DNA of 64,000 nucleotides from Octopus vulgaris (GCA_951406725.2 OX597829.1:23374001-23438000), one strand, 5' to 3'. Shown: positions 14,300 to 28,514, counted from the first letter of the stretch. The notes: a model not told the origin generated them from the sequence alone. A program made the numbers and translations.

Positions 14300-14750
14300 T
14301 CTTCATTGACCTCCCTCATCTGCAATCATCTTCCATACACATCACATGCCCATATTAACAAAGCCTCCTTTCTTATACACAATTTCTCTCTCAGCTCATT
14401 TGTACCTTGGTGTTCAAGTACACTAACATTACACATCCAACAGAACATGCTTGCTTCATTTTTTTTCTAGTCTTGAAAAGTCTTCAACATTCAAAGCCCA
14501 TGTCTCACAATCATGCAGTATCACAATTCTAATACAAGCATCATGCAGTCTGCCTATCACTCTGAGTGAGATTTTTGTTGCCAGCACTTTCTCTAACATT
14601 TTCCAATCTATTCTTACCTTGGCTACTATCTGAAAAACCACCGCCTCTGCAAATTATACCACCTAGGTAATAGGATCTATCAACTACTTCTAATGAACTA
14701 GATGGATATTTATGAAATCTGTTTCCAGTATGCTTTTAGTGTTTATTGTG
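14300..14750 (-). mobile_element. RTE-type LINE remnant
   Basis: ORF 14456-14641 VRIDWKMLEKVLATKISLRVIGRLHDACIRIVILHDCETWAL is the RTE post-RT region (LYGCETW motif). Confidence 0.75.
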
Positions 14751-15968
14751 GGTAGTGTAGCGAGACAAAGGACCATATCAGACAAAAGCAATTTATTCAT
14801 GGAAGAGGGCTTTTACTCTATATAAGAACAGAAACAGGATAGAGAGGACTTCTTGATCCTCCTACACAAGACAATATTTCTAGGGCTGAGGACTCTAAAA
14901 TGCATCCAACACACCATGTAAAATGGTTGGCAATAGGAAGGGCATTAAGCTGTAGAAATCATGCCAAAATAAAACAGACTTTCATAAAAACCCAGCTAGT
15001 TCATTAGTAGTTGATAGATTATATTGCCAAGGTGAAAATAAATTGGAAAAAGTTTAGAAAGCTGCTGGCAACAAAATTCTCACTATTACATTGCTTTTGT
15101 TAGAACTGCAGTACTACATGGTAGCGAGACATGGGCCTTGAATGCTGAAGACTTGTGAAGACTATAAAGACATGAAGTAAGCAAAAGAAGAATCACCTAG
15201 ATCAGTCTTCTGGAATAAGACTGATCAAGGATTAAACAACAGTGTACCCAAAATAAACTTTAATCCCAGAGCTGAAACATTCTGAAACTATGCCATTATT
15301 TTTGTTTCACAAACACCATATGCAGAAAATGTCAACAACAACAATTTCTCCTGCTTGGGTCAACCATGAAGGCTACTGGCACTACCATTTCTCTAAAGAC
15401 TATAATTTAAATAACAAAAACTTCAGCTAAATATTAAAAAATTTTTTTTTGTGTTGGTGGTAGAGTTAAATTTCAGATTAAAAAAAACACATCTCTGATT
15501 CATCCATCTAAATTTGAATACATGCAATAACACTGATATTGAAAATTAAAAGTCAATTTAAAATTAAAATGTTAATCTATTCAAATTTCAGTCTTTATTT
15601 ATTTATTTATTACATTCCTCCTTTTCAGTTGTAACTAAGGCATAAATAGCAGAATATAACTAAAAAATAAAAACAAAACAAAGAATGAAGAAAAAGAAAG
15701 AAAACAGTTAATGAATGGGTGGAAAAAAAAGGATCACACTTGAGGAATAGCAGCATAAATGACATTCTGCAACTGAAGTTGAAAGTTCAAGACGAGCAGC
15801 CAAAACCTGGTTCTTTTCCTGAAAATCAAGGTTTTGGAGAACCAATCTAAATGAGTTTCTCATCCCCAAAAATTAAAGCACCACACCACCCAAACACTAC
15901 ACTGCTATAGACCACACCACCCAGTGCCACCCCACTGTTCTACCACCTGAAATTAATTTCATGTTTAA

Positions 15969-16188
15969 CCCTTTAGCATTCAGATTACTCTGTCAAAATG
16001 CATTGATTATTTATTTACATTGTTTTGAATTAATTATACACAGTTTTGCAGCTTTGAGATTTCAAAGATGTGATTGTTTACTTTAAAAAGACATTGTTGG
16101 GTAGGTGTGAGAGGCCAGATCTGGTCAGTTTGCACATTAAGCAGGTAGAATATTTAGGCCGGATATAACCAGTTTAGATGTTAAAGGG
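15969..16188. mobile_element. piggyBac-like MITE
   Basis: TTAA|CCCTTTAGCATT ... ATGTTAAAGGG|TTAA. Confidence 0.85.
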
Positions 16189-16269
16189 TTAACAATATGC
16201 CCATTTTACCAATATCCCATTATGTTACTCCTTAATCTTTTCAGCAGTGATGTTGATGTCATACTACTT

Positions 16270-16520
16270 GCACTCGTGGTGGTATTCACCCAGACGGGTT
16301 GAACCAACTCCGACCAAAGAGTTTGCCATGTCCTTCACAAATGCACACCACATCCAATGGTCAGCCACAGTCAAGACTGTAATGGATACCCACTAATGGT
16401 TCCACAGCTGAAGATCATAGATACAGGGACCCAATTGCGTTTCCACATTCACCTTTATTGTCACCTGCCATGTCTTCAGTTGTTCTCCAGCTTGTTTGGA
16501 CCAGCCTGAGAGGAGAGCTG
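16270..16520 (-). mobile_element. RTE LINE C-terminal remnant
   Basis: Minus translation resembles the RTE C-terminus (GEQLKTW...GSTRLG). Confidence 0.55.
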
Positions 16521-18100
16521 GGTTGACCACCTTACAAATAAATTCCCTTGGACACCCATAGAGAGTTTGGCCAAGCTACTTTAGACATTTTGTGAGTAGA
16601 ACTTGTTGCAGAGAGTTGATATAACAGCATTGTCATAATTTGGGGTTAGAAATGAAGTCCAATGAACAAACACACAGAATTCAACATAGGCAGTAGTGAT
16701 CAAAGACTTTAAGTTTTCAGAGATTTTTGGCTCTCAATGGCTAGGATTTGAACCCATAGATAAGGATGGTCTTGAAAAATATGCACTTTCATGTGAATTC
16801 TGGTTTCCAGTCTCAACCAAAGAATTCAAGACAAGTGTTTTTGATATGTAGGTTAATTTCATCCTTTTCCCTGCCTGGTTACTTTGAACGTTGATGTTGG
16901 TATCCTACATTGACTACCGAGCCAAAGAATTTAAATGAACTCAAGTCATATGACCCTCCACCCTCATACTTCACAGGCTTCAAATAGGATCTACTGAACC
17001 CTTAATGACCAAATTAAGCTGAAAATTCACAGTAACCTCTCTACTTTTCTAGACTGGCAAATCAAGGATTTCAAGTATATTCCATTAAACAAATTTTTTT
17101 CCTTCATTTTGGGCAACAGATAAACAGCAGCTGCTGACATGTTTTCACCACCTTCATCATCCATGCAGTAACTACATGTAACCACCCGACCTTACTACAT
17201 CACCTGATAGTCTCTGTAAAGCCTAACTTCCACCCTTAACATTGACTTCAGTCAATACTAGAAGCTAACAGTGAATAAATACTAAAAACACTTATACACA
17301 AAAAAAATCCACTGATTCTTATGTCTAGAAACCTTTGTCAGATTGCTTGCAAAAGCTTCTCCTTTGTCTTACACTCTCAACCACTTTAACGGGGTGTTTT
17401 ACAAAACATAAATGCAAGATCAAAATGATTATTCACATCAAATCAACTCAGTTAAATCCAAGTTATTTATTCTTGATACCTTTGTTTTGTGGAGACTGTT
17501 GCTAAGATACCAAACTAAAAACAACTTGTGACATTTTACTGTATAGTTAGAAGAGGAAGGACCGGTGTCCATGGCCATTGCAGGATTTCTGAGATTTGTG
17601 AGGTGGGGGAAAAGAACAGATCACGTATGATACAGTGTAATTTTATCAATTCAAACTGGTTCAAATGCTTGCAATATATTGGACTATGTTAAAAGGGATG
17701 CAAATGTCAGATGATGACACTAAACCTGATGATGGATTAAATATGCCAATCAAATACAGGTTCAGTAAATTCAAGTAGGTTCTGCATAGTTTCTGTCAAA
17801 CCAAATGTAATATTCAATCTTTCAGTTGAACCAAAAATATGATAGATGATACACTTGTTTATGATTTTGGAATGAACTTCTTAATCCATAGCTATGTATA
17901 GTTTCAAATTTCAAATTAGTGAAAATTAAATGTATTTTTTTATAAACCCAAAATCTAAATATGGAAAGGTGTCGATATTGAAAAATGTGGAGTGGTACAG
18001 GTAATGAAATTCAGATCTGAGTTGCAGAGTGGAGATGATATTAAAATATTAAAATTGAAATTTGACAATTTAATTTATTTTTAAAATAAAAATCAATATA

Positions 18101-18604
18101 GGCGCAGGAGTGGTTGTGTGGTAAGTAGCTTGCTAACCAACCACATGGTTCCGGGTTCAGTCCCACTGCCTGGTATCTTGAGCAAGTGTCTTCTGCTATA
18201 GCCCCGGGCCGACCAATGCCTTGTGAGTGGATTTGGTAGACGGAAACTGAAAGAAGCCTGTCGTATATATGTATATATATATATGTATGTATGTGTGTGT
18301 GTGTTTGTGTGTCTGTGTTTGTCCACGAAAGAAGCCTGTCGTATATATGTATATATATATATGTATGTGTGTGTGTGTGTGTTTGTGTGTCTGTGTTTGT
18401 CCACCTAGCATTGCTTGACAACCGATGCTGGTGTGTTTACGTCCCCGTCACTTAGCGGTTCGGCAAAAAGAGATCGATAGAATAAGTACTGGGCTTACAA
18501 AAAGAATAAGTCCCGAGGTCGAGTTTCTCGACTAAAGGCAGTGCTCCAGCATGGCCGCAGTCAAATGACTGAAACAAGTAAAAGAGTAAAAGAGAGAGAG
18601 AGAG
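18101..18604 (+). mobile_element. SINE family A, young copy with an internal tandem duplication of about 77 bp
   Basis: A box GTGTGGT, B box GGTTCAGTCCC, GAAAGAAGCCTGTCGTATATATG...GTTTGTCCAC present twice, tail GTCAAATGACTGAAACAAGTAAAAGAG. Confidence 0.92.
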
Positions 18605-18943
18605 TATATAAAATTAAAAAGGGCAGTAATTGAAAAGATTTTCAATTCAAACATCCATGTTTTATTATAATACTAATTCTCAGGTGTATAACTGACGGAT
18701 ACCAAAATACAAGGAAACAAGTGACCAAAATATGATTAAAGAAAGAACTAAAAGTAAAAAAATTCTGAGATAAAGAAACTAAACATAATTCTGAATGAAA
18801 AAGTTGTTTGTTTATCTTGCTGTTATTTTTCAGCTCTGGGTCAGTCTTAATTGAGTTGATCTGTGATCAAAGCATTCCTTATATTTAGATAGACACCTGT
18901 GATTGTTGTCTTTTTTTTTTATTATTATTACATCAGGGATGAA

Positions 18944-19445
18944 GAAGGCACATGGCTTAGTGGTTAATCCTTTAGCATTTACATTATTCTATCGAACATA
19001 ATGTTTATCTATTCACATGTTTTTAATTAATCTTACATTATCATGTAGCATTGAGATTTTGATGAGGTAACTGTTAAATTTTAGAGTGACATCGTAGGGT
19101 AGGTGTGAGAGGTCACATCTGGCCAGTTTAAATACTAAAGGGTTAAGGTTTTTGGCTCATGATTGTAAGGTTGTGAGTTCAATTCCCAGCGATGCATTGT
19201 GCCCTTGAAAAAGACATTTTATTTTAGGTTGCTCCTGTCTACTCAGCTGGCAAAAACAAGTACTACCTGTATTTCAAAGGGCCAGCCTTGTCACATTCTG
19301 TGTCATACTGAATCTCCCTGAGAACTACACCAAGGGTACATATGACTGTGGTGTACTCAGCCAGTTACATGTTAATTCCAAGAGTAGGTTGTTCCGTTGT
19401 TTGGATCAACTGGAACCTGCATTGTTGTAACCAATGTAGTGCCAG
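18944..19445 (+). mobile_element. tRNA-derived SINE, family C, with a piggyBac-like MITE (18968-19142) inserted at TTAA in its head
   Basis: TGGCTTAGTGGTTAA | MITE | GGTT...GAGTTCAATTCCC; body shared with 53537-54310. Confidence 0.82.
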
Positions 19446-19659
19446 TATAGTATATCAGGAAGGACACTGTCCAGTATATCCTCCCTTTTTATTTGGACAA
19501 TAAGATGTAAACTGTTGTTGATTTAGCTGTTATTTCTACCCTGTCAAGTGACCACATAAAGATGCCTTTATTGGTTTTCTTGTGTCATAAGTTGTTTTCT
19601 GTAAGTCAATATCAGTATCATAGGTTATGACTAAGTAGGTTGTTATCATAGGTGATCCA

Positions 19660-20346
19660 TGAGAGCGACATCACAAATGGTCTGTGACAGTAACATAACA
19701 ATATATTATTGAACAAGTTGTGACATCACAAATGTGTCAGTAACATCAGAAGTTGTTATTGAATAAGCTATGACATCACAAGTGATCTACGACAGTAACA
19801 TCACAAATTGCTGGAGAATGGGCTGTAACATCATAAATGATTTACGTCACAGTGATAACACAGTATATAACTGAGTGCTCTGTAACATCACAAGTAATCT
19901 ATGATGCAGTGGCATCATGAGTGATCTAAGGGTAAAGACCCCCTTTGGTCACAAATGACAATGGTATTACACCTAGAAGAAAGTTTCTTCTCCGGGGCTC
20001 AAGTCCAGGCAAGGTTGTTTATGGAAGACCAGCAGTCACCCATGCATACTAGCCTTCCCTCTCCTCGCCACTGATTTTATCCAAGGGAAAGGCAAAGACC
20101 AATTACAGTTTGACACCAGTGACGGTCACAACTCATTTCTACAGCTGAGTGAACTGGAGCAACGTGAAATAAAGTGTCTTGCTCAAGAACACAGCACACA
20201 GCCGGGTCTGGGAACAGAACTCATAACCTCAAGACTGTAAGCCAATGCTCCAACCATGTGAGCCATATGCGACACGGTGAAGTGTTATCACAATATATTT
20301 ACTGAGCAGTCAGTGACATCACACTCCACAACAGTGACATCACAGT
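19660..20346. repeat. Degenerate minisatellite of GTRACATCACA motifs, interrupted by a SINE-like insert (about 19927-20270)
   Basis: About 13 motif copies spaced 20-31 bp apart. Confidence 0.75.
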
Positions 20347-21640
20347 GCGGCACTGAGGACAAGAGACTGTGCCCCCACACACACACACACCACACCCCCT
20401 TTCCAACCAACAACCACCGTGTCACTTGCACCAGTTGCAACTTGATACCAATGTTACACCTGCCTAAATTAAAGAAAATTGGTTACATTTATTAATAGTT
20501 CTCTCTCATTGATACACTTATTGAAAAACAATTTTTCTTCAATTTTTTTCTTCTTTTTTACGCTAATGATTTTTTTTTTTCCCCTGACATTCAACCTCAG
20601 GAGGTGTCAACAAACAGTAAGATGAACAATCTCAGTATTTTCGTTCGGTACATAATCACTTCCTGTACAACTTTAGCAAATATGTCAACAAAACCCGCGA
20701 AAGAGGAAATCACTATCTTTTTTTCTTTTTTCTTTTTTTTTTTTATAAATTTAATTATTTACCACTGTATATCATCATCACTTTAAACATTCTTCCCGAA
20801 AACCCTCCTCCTTCTTCACCGCGAATGGTGACAGGTTTCTCTAGCAAAGAAATAAATTAATAAATGCTTAACTGTATGTGTGCAGCAACAGAAGTAACAA
20901 CGTTAAGAAGATAAGGTTTCGACTGCAACACGCTGATTCTATTTTGTCATGTGCACAGCAGTGTGTCTACGCACGCATCCTAGCGTAGAGATATTACGCC
21001 AGTGTAAATATCGAAGAGAAGAGGTGAGAGGGTGGATTCACTGGATGCCAGCACCAACATTCAGTGAAGTTCAATAGAAATATTTCCTTCACACACAAAC
21101 ACACACACACACACGTTATTTGACAGTTCATTTCCTGATGACTCATCCCACCCTACCCCCATTCCATTCCTCCTCGCATCTAACCCTGCTTTTACTGCCA
21201 CGCTTCCAATGCAACAAGAACCCCTTTAATTTTTCTAATAATTTTTTTTTTGTTTTTGTTTTTTGTCTCTTTCTTTTCTTCGTTTTATTTTTGTATGAAA
21301 CTAGAATCATGAAATTAGAGAAACAACTTTAAAAAGAAAATACTAACAACAAAAATAAACTAAGAAAATATGAACAAACACTAAAAACTGCTCAATACTC
21401 AGCACTTAGCAAAACAAAAAAAAAAGCAAAAAAATATACAAAATCAACTACAGATCACATGCCAGACTTTTTTTTATTTTTACCACACACTATAACCAGA
21501 CTGATAATGATAACAGCAATAATTCCAGTATACCATAATTATGAGTAATCTCAAAATATACTGTTATATCTAATACAGTTATTACATCATGCTATTTTTA
21601 ACAAAATTTAAATATTTATTTAAAGAAAAACATTGCAAAA

Positions 21641-21679
<39 letters not shown>

Positions 21680-23335
21680 CATTATTATTATCATATTTCG
21701 TTTAACATTTTCATTCTATTGACTACAGAAAAATACTACTGAAACCAAATTTAATTAGAGTGTGAATTATAGCAAGAATTAATAATTAATATGTCAACAT
21801 AACAAACTAATTTTAATGCAATACATGAGCGTTTTTATATTTCCAATTAAAAAAATTAATGTTAATGAAACAAAAGAAACAGTAATGATCCTCTTTTGTT
21901 AAGGTATTTTACTAATTACTTTATCATATTATTATATGAAGGTGCATGACATTATGGCTAGAGTGTTGGGATCATGAACTTGAGGCCTTGGGTTTCATTC
22001 CCAAACTGAACAAAGAACTACATAACAAAATGCTTCTGTCCACTCAGCTGAAAATAAGTACCAGCAACAGCTGGGGAGGAGGGGCAATAAATCCTACAGA
22101 CAGACAGTTCAGAAAGTACTCTTGTACTCTAACTTAACCTAAACATCTTGCAAGTTTGGATAAGCTCCAGGGCATTGACTCTACAGTCAGATATCATGCT
22201 ATAAGAAATATAACATTACTGAAGATTTAATCTTCAGACAAACTGATGTCATTATTAACTAGCAAATAAAAGCAGCAAATTCTATTCAAGCCTTCTTTAA
22301 TTGCAGTTGAAGTTACCATTTACTTGTTTCAGTCATTGGATAGCAGCCATGCCGAAGCACCACCTTGAAGGGTTCAGTGAAACACATCAACCACAGTACA
22401 TTTTTTTAAAGCCTGCTACATACTCTATCAATCTGCTAAGTTACAGACATAAATAAACCAACACTGGTCATCAAGTAGTGGCAAGGGACAAACACACACA
22501 CATATATATACAAGCTTGTTTTAGTTTTTATTTACCAAATCCACTCACTAGGCTTTGGTCAAACAAGAGCGTTAGTAGAAGACACTTGTCTAAGGTGTCA
22601 TGCAGTGGGACTAAACATAGGCCCATGAGGTAGAGAAGTAAAATTCTTACCACAGAGGTGAAAAGAAATTTCTTTTTAAATTTAAAAAAAAAATTTGTCA
22701 GATTATGAAGAAAGCTAACTTTGAAAATTTTACTTCATTTTTTAGAAAATCTTTTAGTCACGTGGGAAGGACCGTGTCCTTGAACTTTCACAGGGTCTCT
22801 GAGATTAGTGGAAAGGAGAGGACAGTATCTTCAAACCAGAGATCTGACATAAATACATGCATTGAAGACTCTTCTAAAAGTACTTAAGGCACCGAGTAAA
22901 CAGGTGACAGGTTAAGATTTCTATGCAAGTAGACCCATGCAGGATTTGAACTCAAAGAGCAAAATGTTGGAACATATAACACAAGGCATGTGGTTCCACA
23001 TTCTTACATCTCTGCCAATCCAAAACACTGAAATGGTACAATTTTTTTTTTTTTTGTATCAACCCTAAAAAGATGAAAGGAAAAATAGGTGTGCATTTCA
23101 ACTCTTTGCTTAATACCTGTGTTTTTGTGTGATAGTATGGGTTGGACAAAGATGTATTTGAGGTAGGATTTAATGAGTAGAATACTTTTCCTATTGCTAA
23201 TCCTTACCAATTTTTCAAATAAGGGAGTTCTAATTCCACAAGTCTTTGTAAGCAACCAGTCATAATCTAAAGATTTTTTTTTTTTTTTTTGCTACAGTGA
23301 AACAATGGGATATCATCATTCAAACATATGCACAC

Positions 23336-23379
<44 letters not shown>

Positions 23380-26298
23380 CCACAGGCTTTCAACAGTTTG
23401 TTTCCATCAACAGATTCATTCAATGGTTGAAGGGTCAATAATAGGTCAATGGTTGAAGGCAAGAGGCCATGATGTTATGTAGTGGGAGTGAATGAAGCAA
23501 AATGATAGACTTTCGAATTTGAACTTCTTAACCACACAGCTGTACCATTCATTCAGATAATATGTTGCTTGGACAAAAATCAGGATGTTTGTGGCCAGTG
23601 TGTCTACATCAATGAAAGCAGGCTTGGAGTGAAACAACATTAATATTTCAGCTGATTTTGATGACCAATGAAGTTGTCTACACATACATACATAAATACA
23701 CATATATATATATACACATAAATACATATATATATATATATATACACAAATACACATACGTACATGCACATATATATATATACATACATATATACACATA
23801 TATATACATAAATACACATACACACATACACAAATATATATATATATACACACACATCTTATATATATATACACACATACACAAATATATTCATATGTGT
23901 AAATATATATATATACACACACAAATATATTCATATAAATACACATATAAATATTAAAATATATACATAAATACACATACATGCATATATGTGTGTGTGT
24001 GTGTATGCATATAAATGTGTGCACGCATGTATGTACATCTATTATTCTACAACTATACAGAGAATATGGTTACCAAGGTTGTTGATTAATAAAAGACCTT
24101 GTAACTCCTTCAGAAAAACAGTGACAGTGCATTTTTATTTCTATTCTTATTTGCTTATTTCATCGCCTGTCCTTCTTTCTCCACTGTTTCAACAGTTCAC
24201 TAAATGAGTTAAACAGTAGTTTCATTGTTCTCTTCCACCGATTAAACCAGTAATTAAAATACTACCAAACTAATGTGATACACAGTATTAAGTGACTTAA
24301 CAGGCCATGACCACCAGCCACTTAATTTGGAAACCACTGATAGTGCTGTGTGGTGACTATGCAATTAATAACCCGGTGCTCTCTGACCAAATACACTTAA
24401 TTCCACAGGGTTGCAGGTCACCTGGCTCTTTCTTACAACATGTACCAGATCGTCCTCTGGGGAAATGTTACCCATGTCTCTTTCATTTGCTTGAATGTTA
24501 CAGAGAGTGAAGGAGTTTACTACAGGTTCAGTGGGTTTTTGAGGTCTGTTAGTGGATTAACTTCACATAATTAATGCTTTATAATAATACTTATGTATCT
24601 GTGTGCCAGAATGGATGGAACTATTGTCTTTTGTGGTTTCTGTGTTTCAGTCATTAGAGTGCAAGTCTTGTGGTGGGGTTCACAGAATTGAAGAATTTTA
24701 GTCAAAGGAATTGACTACAGTACTTCACTTTTTTTAAAACAAGGTACTTATTCAATCAGTCTTTTTTGCCAAACCACTAAGTTAAGGGGATATAAACACA
24801 CCAACACCAGTTGTCAAGAGGTGGTGGAGGACAAACACAGACACAAAGACACACACACATGTGTGTGTGTGTGTGTATATACAATGTGTTTCTATCAGTT
24901 TCCATCTACCAAATCCATTCACAAGGCTTTATAATCAGCCCAAGACTACAGTAGAAAGACACTTGTCCAAGGTGCCGTGCAGTGGGACTGAACCCAGAAC
25001 CATGTAGTAGGTTAGGAAACTTCTTACCACATAGCCATGCCTGTGCCTATAATTGCAAAACATTTGTGTCATCAGACTGCAGCCATGCTGGAGTACCACC
25101 CTGAAAAGTTTAAGTCAACCAGAAATTACCCTAGTACTTATTTTCAATTATGGTTCTTATTCTATCAGCCTCTGTTTACCAAACTGCTAAGTCAGGGAGA
25201 CATAAGCTAATCAACACCAGTTGTCAAGGGGGGAAAAGCAAACACATAAACACATACACACTCAAGCACTTGAATAAATATATGGATGGCCTCTTCACAA
25301 TTTCCAAGAAATTCACTTATAAGGCATTGACTGACCCAGTCTACAGTGGAAGACATTTGTTCAAGACGCCAAAGAGATTAAAATAATTCCTGGAGAATGT
25401 AATTTTACAATAGGAGTAGGGTATTTATTTTAAAACTAACAAGGGTGGAGTGTTTACCCTAATACACAAACTGAGTCAACGAGGGTAATAATCTACTTTA
25501 TTCAAATAAATAACATGACAGCCACAAGCCAAGAAGGCAACCTTTATATGGTTTCTTCACCCACTAGAAAAAGCAACCAAAACATCCCTCAGCAAATACT
25601 GTCTTTATGAAAAAAGGAAAACAATGGATAATATATTCCTGGATACACCTGTAAAGATGGGACGGTCATACTTTAATCTAGTTTGATATGGACTACTCAA
25701 CATCAATAACATGAACCAGAACAGAATTTTAACCTTTAACCTTTCATAAAGTAGTCCTCATCTCCGTGAGACAATTTGTCTTGCTATTCAGTAATTCATT
25801 AACATACTAAATGTTTCATTATAGAACAATTAATACAAAGTTTGGGACAGTGATGATTTAAAGTAACAACTGCATTTAATATCCTAATTAATTGCTTAGC
25901 AGGAAGATTAAATATGTTGTTGATTAACCTTAATCTCCTGACAAGACAATAGAATCAATGTGATTTTCTAAAACAAACAGATCAGCAAATAATGGGTGGG
26001 AGAGAAAGAGAGTTGTTCAGACAAAATTCCAATACAGAAGACTTAAAACAAAAGGTTAAGCATTGGATGGCATTGGCAATATCATCCCTAAAGTAAGAGA
26101 ATTTGATAGAATCAGTACAGCACCAGACATTAATGGAATCTCTTTACATTCCAAGTTCAAATCTTGCCATGGTAAACTTTGCCTTTTATCTTTCCAGGGT
26201 TGATAAAATAAAGGCTCAATCAAAAACTAGAGATCAATTTAATAAACTAAACCCCCGACTCCAAATAAAATTTGTGTCCTTGTGTCCATGCAAAAAAA

Positions 26299-26810
26299 TT
26301 ATTATTACTGAGTGAGAGGACAAAGTGACACTGGGGTACAAGTATATGAAGCCTAATATACCCATCATGACTATCCATCTGATAAGGGTACACCAGGCAC
26401 ATGCATCACAACCATATGTGCACGACATGGTGACCTTATATCAAGATAAACAGCACATGACCTTGCAAGTGGGGCCTAGTTAGAATTTTCTTCAAGTAGC
26501 TCATCCCACTCAAAAGGTCCCTAAAGAAGGATTGTTTAAGGATGTTGAATGAAACACCCATGTTTCCAGAGAATTCCTCACAATACATGGTTATTATGCA
26601 TACCCACTACTTCTGCTCGTGATCAGAGATGCATATATCATCAGCCACTAAGGGACATGCTCAACTGGTTAAGGTTAAGCAACTGACAAGCAAATCTACA
26701 GTATTGAGCAGAATATTTGCTGTAGCCCATCTGTTTTTTTATACCAAGACAAAACATGTACATAATAGCATTTCCACTCTGTTAAGATCGCATTTATTAT
26801 TATTATTACT
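26299..26810 (-). mobile_element. Non-autonomous element flanked by (TTA)n on both sides
   Basis: Reverse complement homology to 59148-59490; TTA repeats at both junctions. Confidence 0.7.
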
Positions 26811-27839
26811 GATAACAATGGGATCAGAGTTATTGGGTATAAACAGAAGAATCTCTAATCTCATAAAGTGAATTACTGAACTGATAAAGCTAATGATTTC
26901 CAAGACGAAAAATCTACTACCAAAACAATCTATAGCTGTAATGCTATTAACCTCACTGCTTCCATTTTCATATTCAGTACTGCTTTCTGAGAGATAAATT
27001 TCACTAATTATCTTTTAGCATTCAAATTCCTACATATTACACAGACACACTTGCTTTTTGGCCAGATATGAACTCTCTACCCAAAAACTACAGAGGTAAA
27101 ACAGCTGACTGGTAATCCTACTCTGTGAGATCAAATCCCCGGCAGATGTTTTCAAGCAGGATTCTTTATCACTTCAGTTCACCTAATTATCAGAAATAAG
27201 TAGCAGAATATCTATTGATGTCTTCTGTTCATGGGACAACTGTTTCACAACATGAAACTGAGTGTGAAATGAACCAAAATCTTTAAGTCATACTTTATCC
27301 ACAGTAATTAACTAAATACATATCTCAGTTATTCAAGAACATGAAAGATGAAGCCAACTCCATCAAGGTTTAAATTCTGTGACAAGGAAGCAAACTAAAT
27401 AAAAACAAGTGTTTAATCTGATACTGTAATATTTCTAACATCCACTAACCTTCGTGATGAAGGCTGAAGTGGTAGGCAGCAGAAACAGAGGCAGACCTCA
27501 GTTTGTGTGGATGGATGGATGGAGTGAAGAAAGCTTTGGTGGTTAGAAGTGTTGGAGCGAGAAAGGCAAGAGAGTTTATAAATGATAGGAAAACTTGGAG
27601 AGTGTTTGTGAATGGATGAGTGAATTTTGATGTTGCTCAAAGGGGTACGGAATCAGCATGATGCGGCGGGGGCAAACCAGCAGATGCTGTCTGGCCCCAC
27701 TGCTGATATTGGGGGTTGCGTTCTATGCCTCTTTGAGCTGGGAAATGAATAGAATGCCTGATGTGGCTGTCTTGTGACTACCCCCGCCTAAAAAAAAAAA
27801 TGGGGAACAGGCCTGGGTGTGTGTGTGTGTGTGTGTGTG

Positions 27840-27884
<45 letters not shown>

Positions 27885-28514
27885 CTAAGATCAGAGATAA
27901 TAGTGATTTATTCCTACTTGTTTCCACTGAAATAACCTAATATTAGGTACAGTCATTACTCTATGATCAAGAATACCTTTGCGATTATGTGCTCTCAGGG
28001 TCAATCACACTGTGTAACAACTTAGTCAAGTGTCTTCTGCTGTAGCCCTGAGCTAACCACTGTCTTGTGAGTGAATTTGATAGATGGAAATGTAGTGGGG
28101 GGAGGGGGCAGTTGCTACCACTGACTCTAGTAGTGTTCAACTGGTACTTTATTTTTATCAAATCCGAAAGGATGAAAGCAAAGCTGACATTGGTGGAATA
28201 TAAACTCAAAAAAAAAAAAAAAAAAAAAAAAAAAAACAGATGTAATGTCACACTTAACCAGGCATGTTAATGATTCTACCAGCACAGCACCTTAAATAAT
28301 GGCTTTTCTTACATTAAAGAATGCAGGTAGCAAAAGAAATGGAAAGGCAACAACAATCACTTTTTACATTGATCTAAGACTGTTGTTGAAATTGAATGGT
28401 TGAGGGAACTGATTATGTCCCCCATCATTGTTACCAAATCTGATCACAGAATATCGAGGAATGTCAATAATTACAGAAGACACTGCAATACATTTTTTCG
28501 AGAACAACATTATA

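Noticed and set aside
15735-15818. Minus-strand exon after a ttttcAG acceptor
   Set aside because: No spastin similarity in any frame, and the phase-1 frame stops after about 10 codons.
19660-20346. CRISPR-like repeat-spacer array
   Set aside because: Eukaryotic context, 11-bp degenerate repeats, related spacers and no cas genes.
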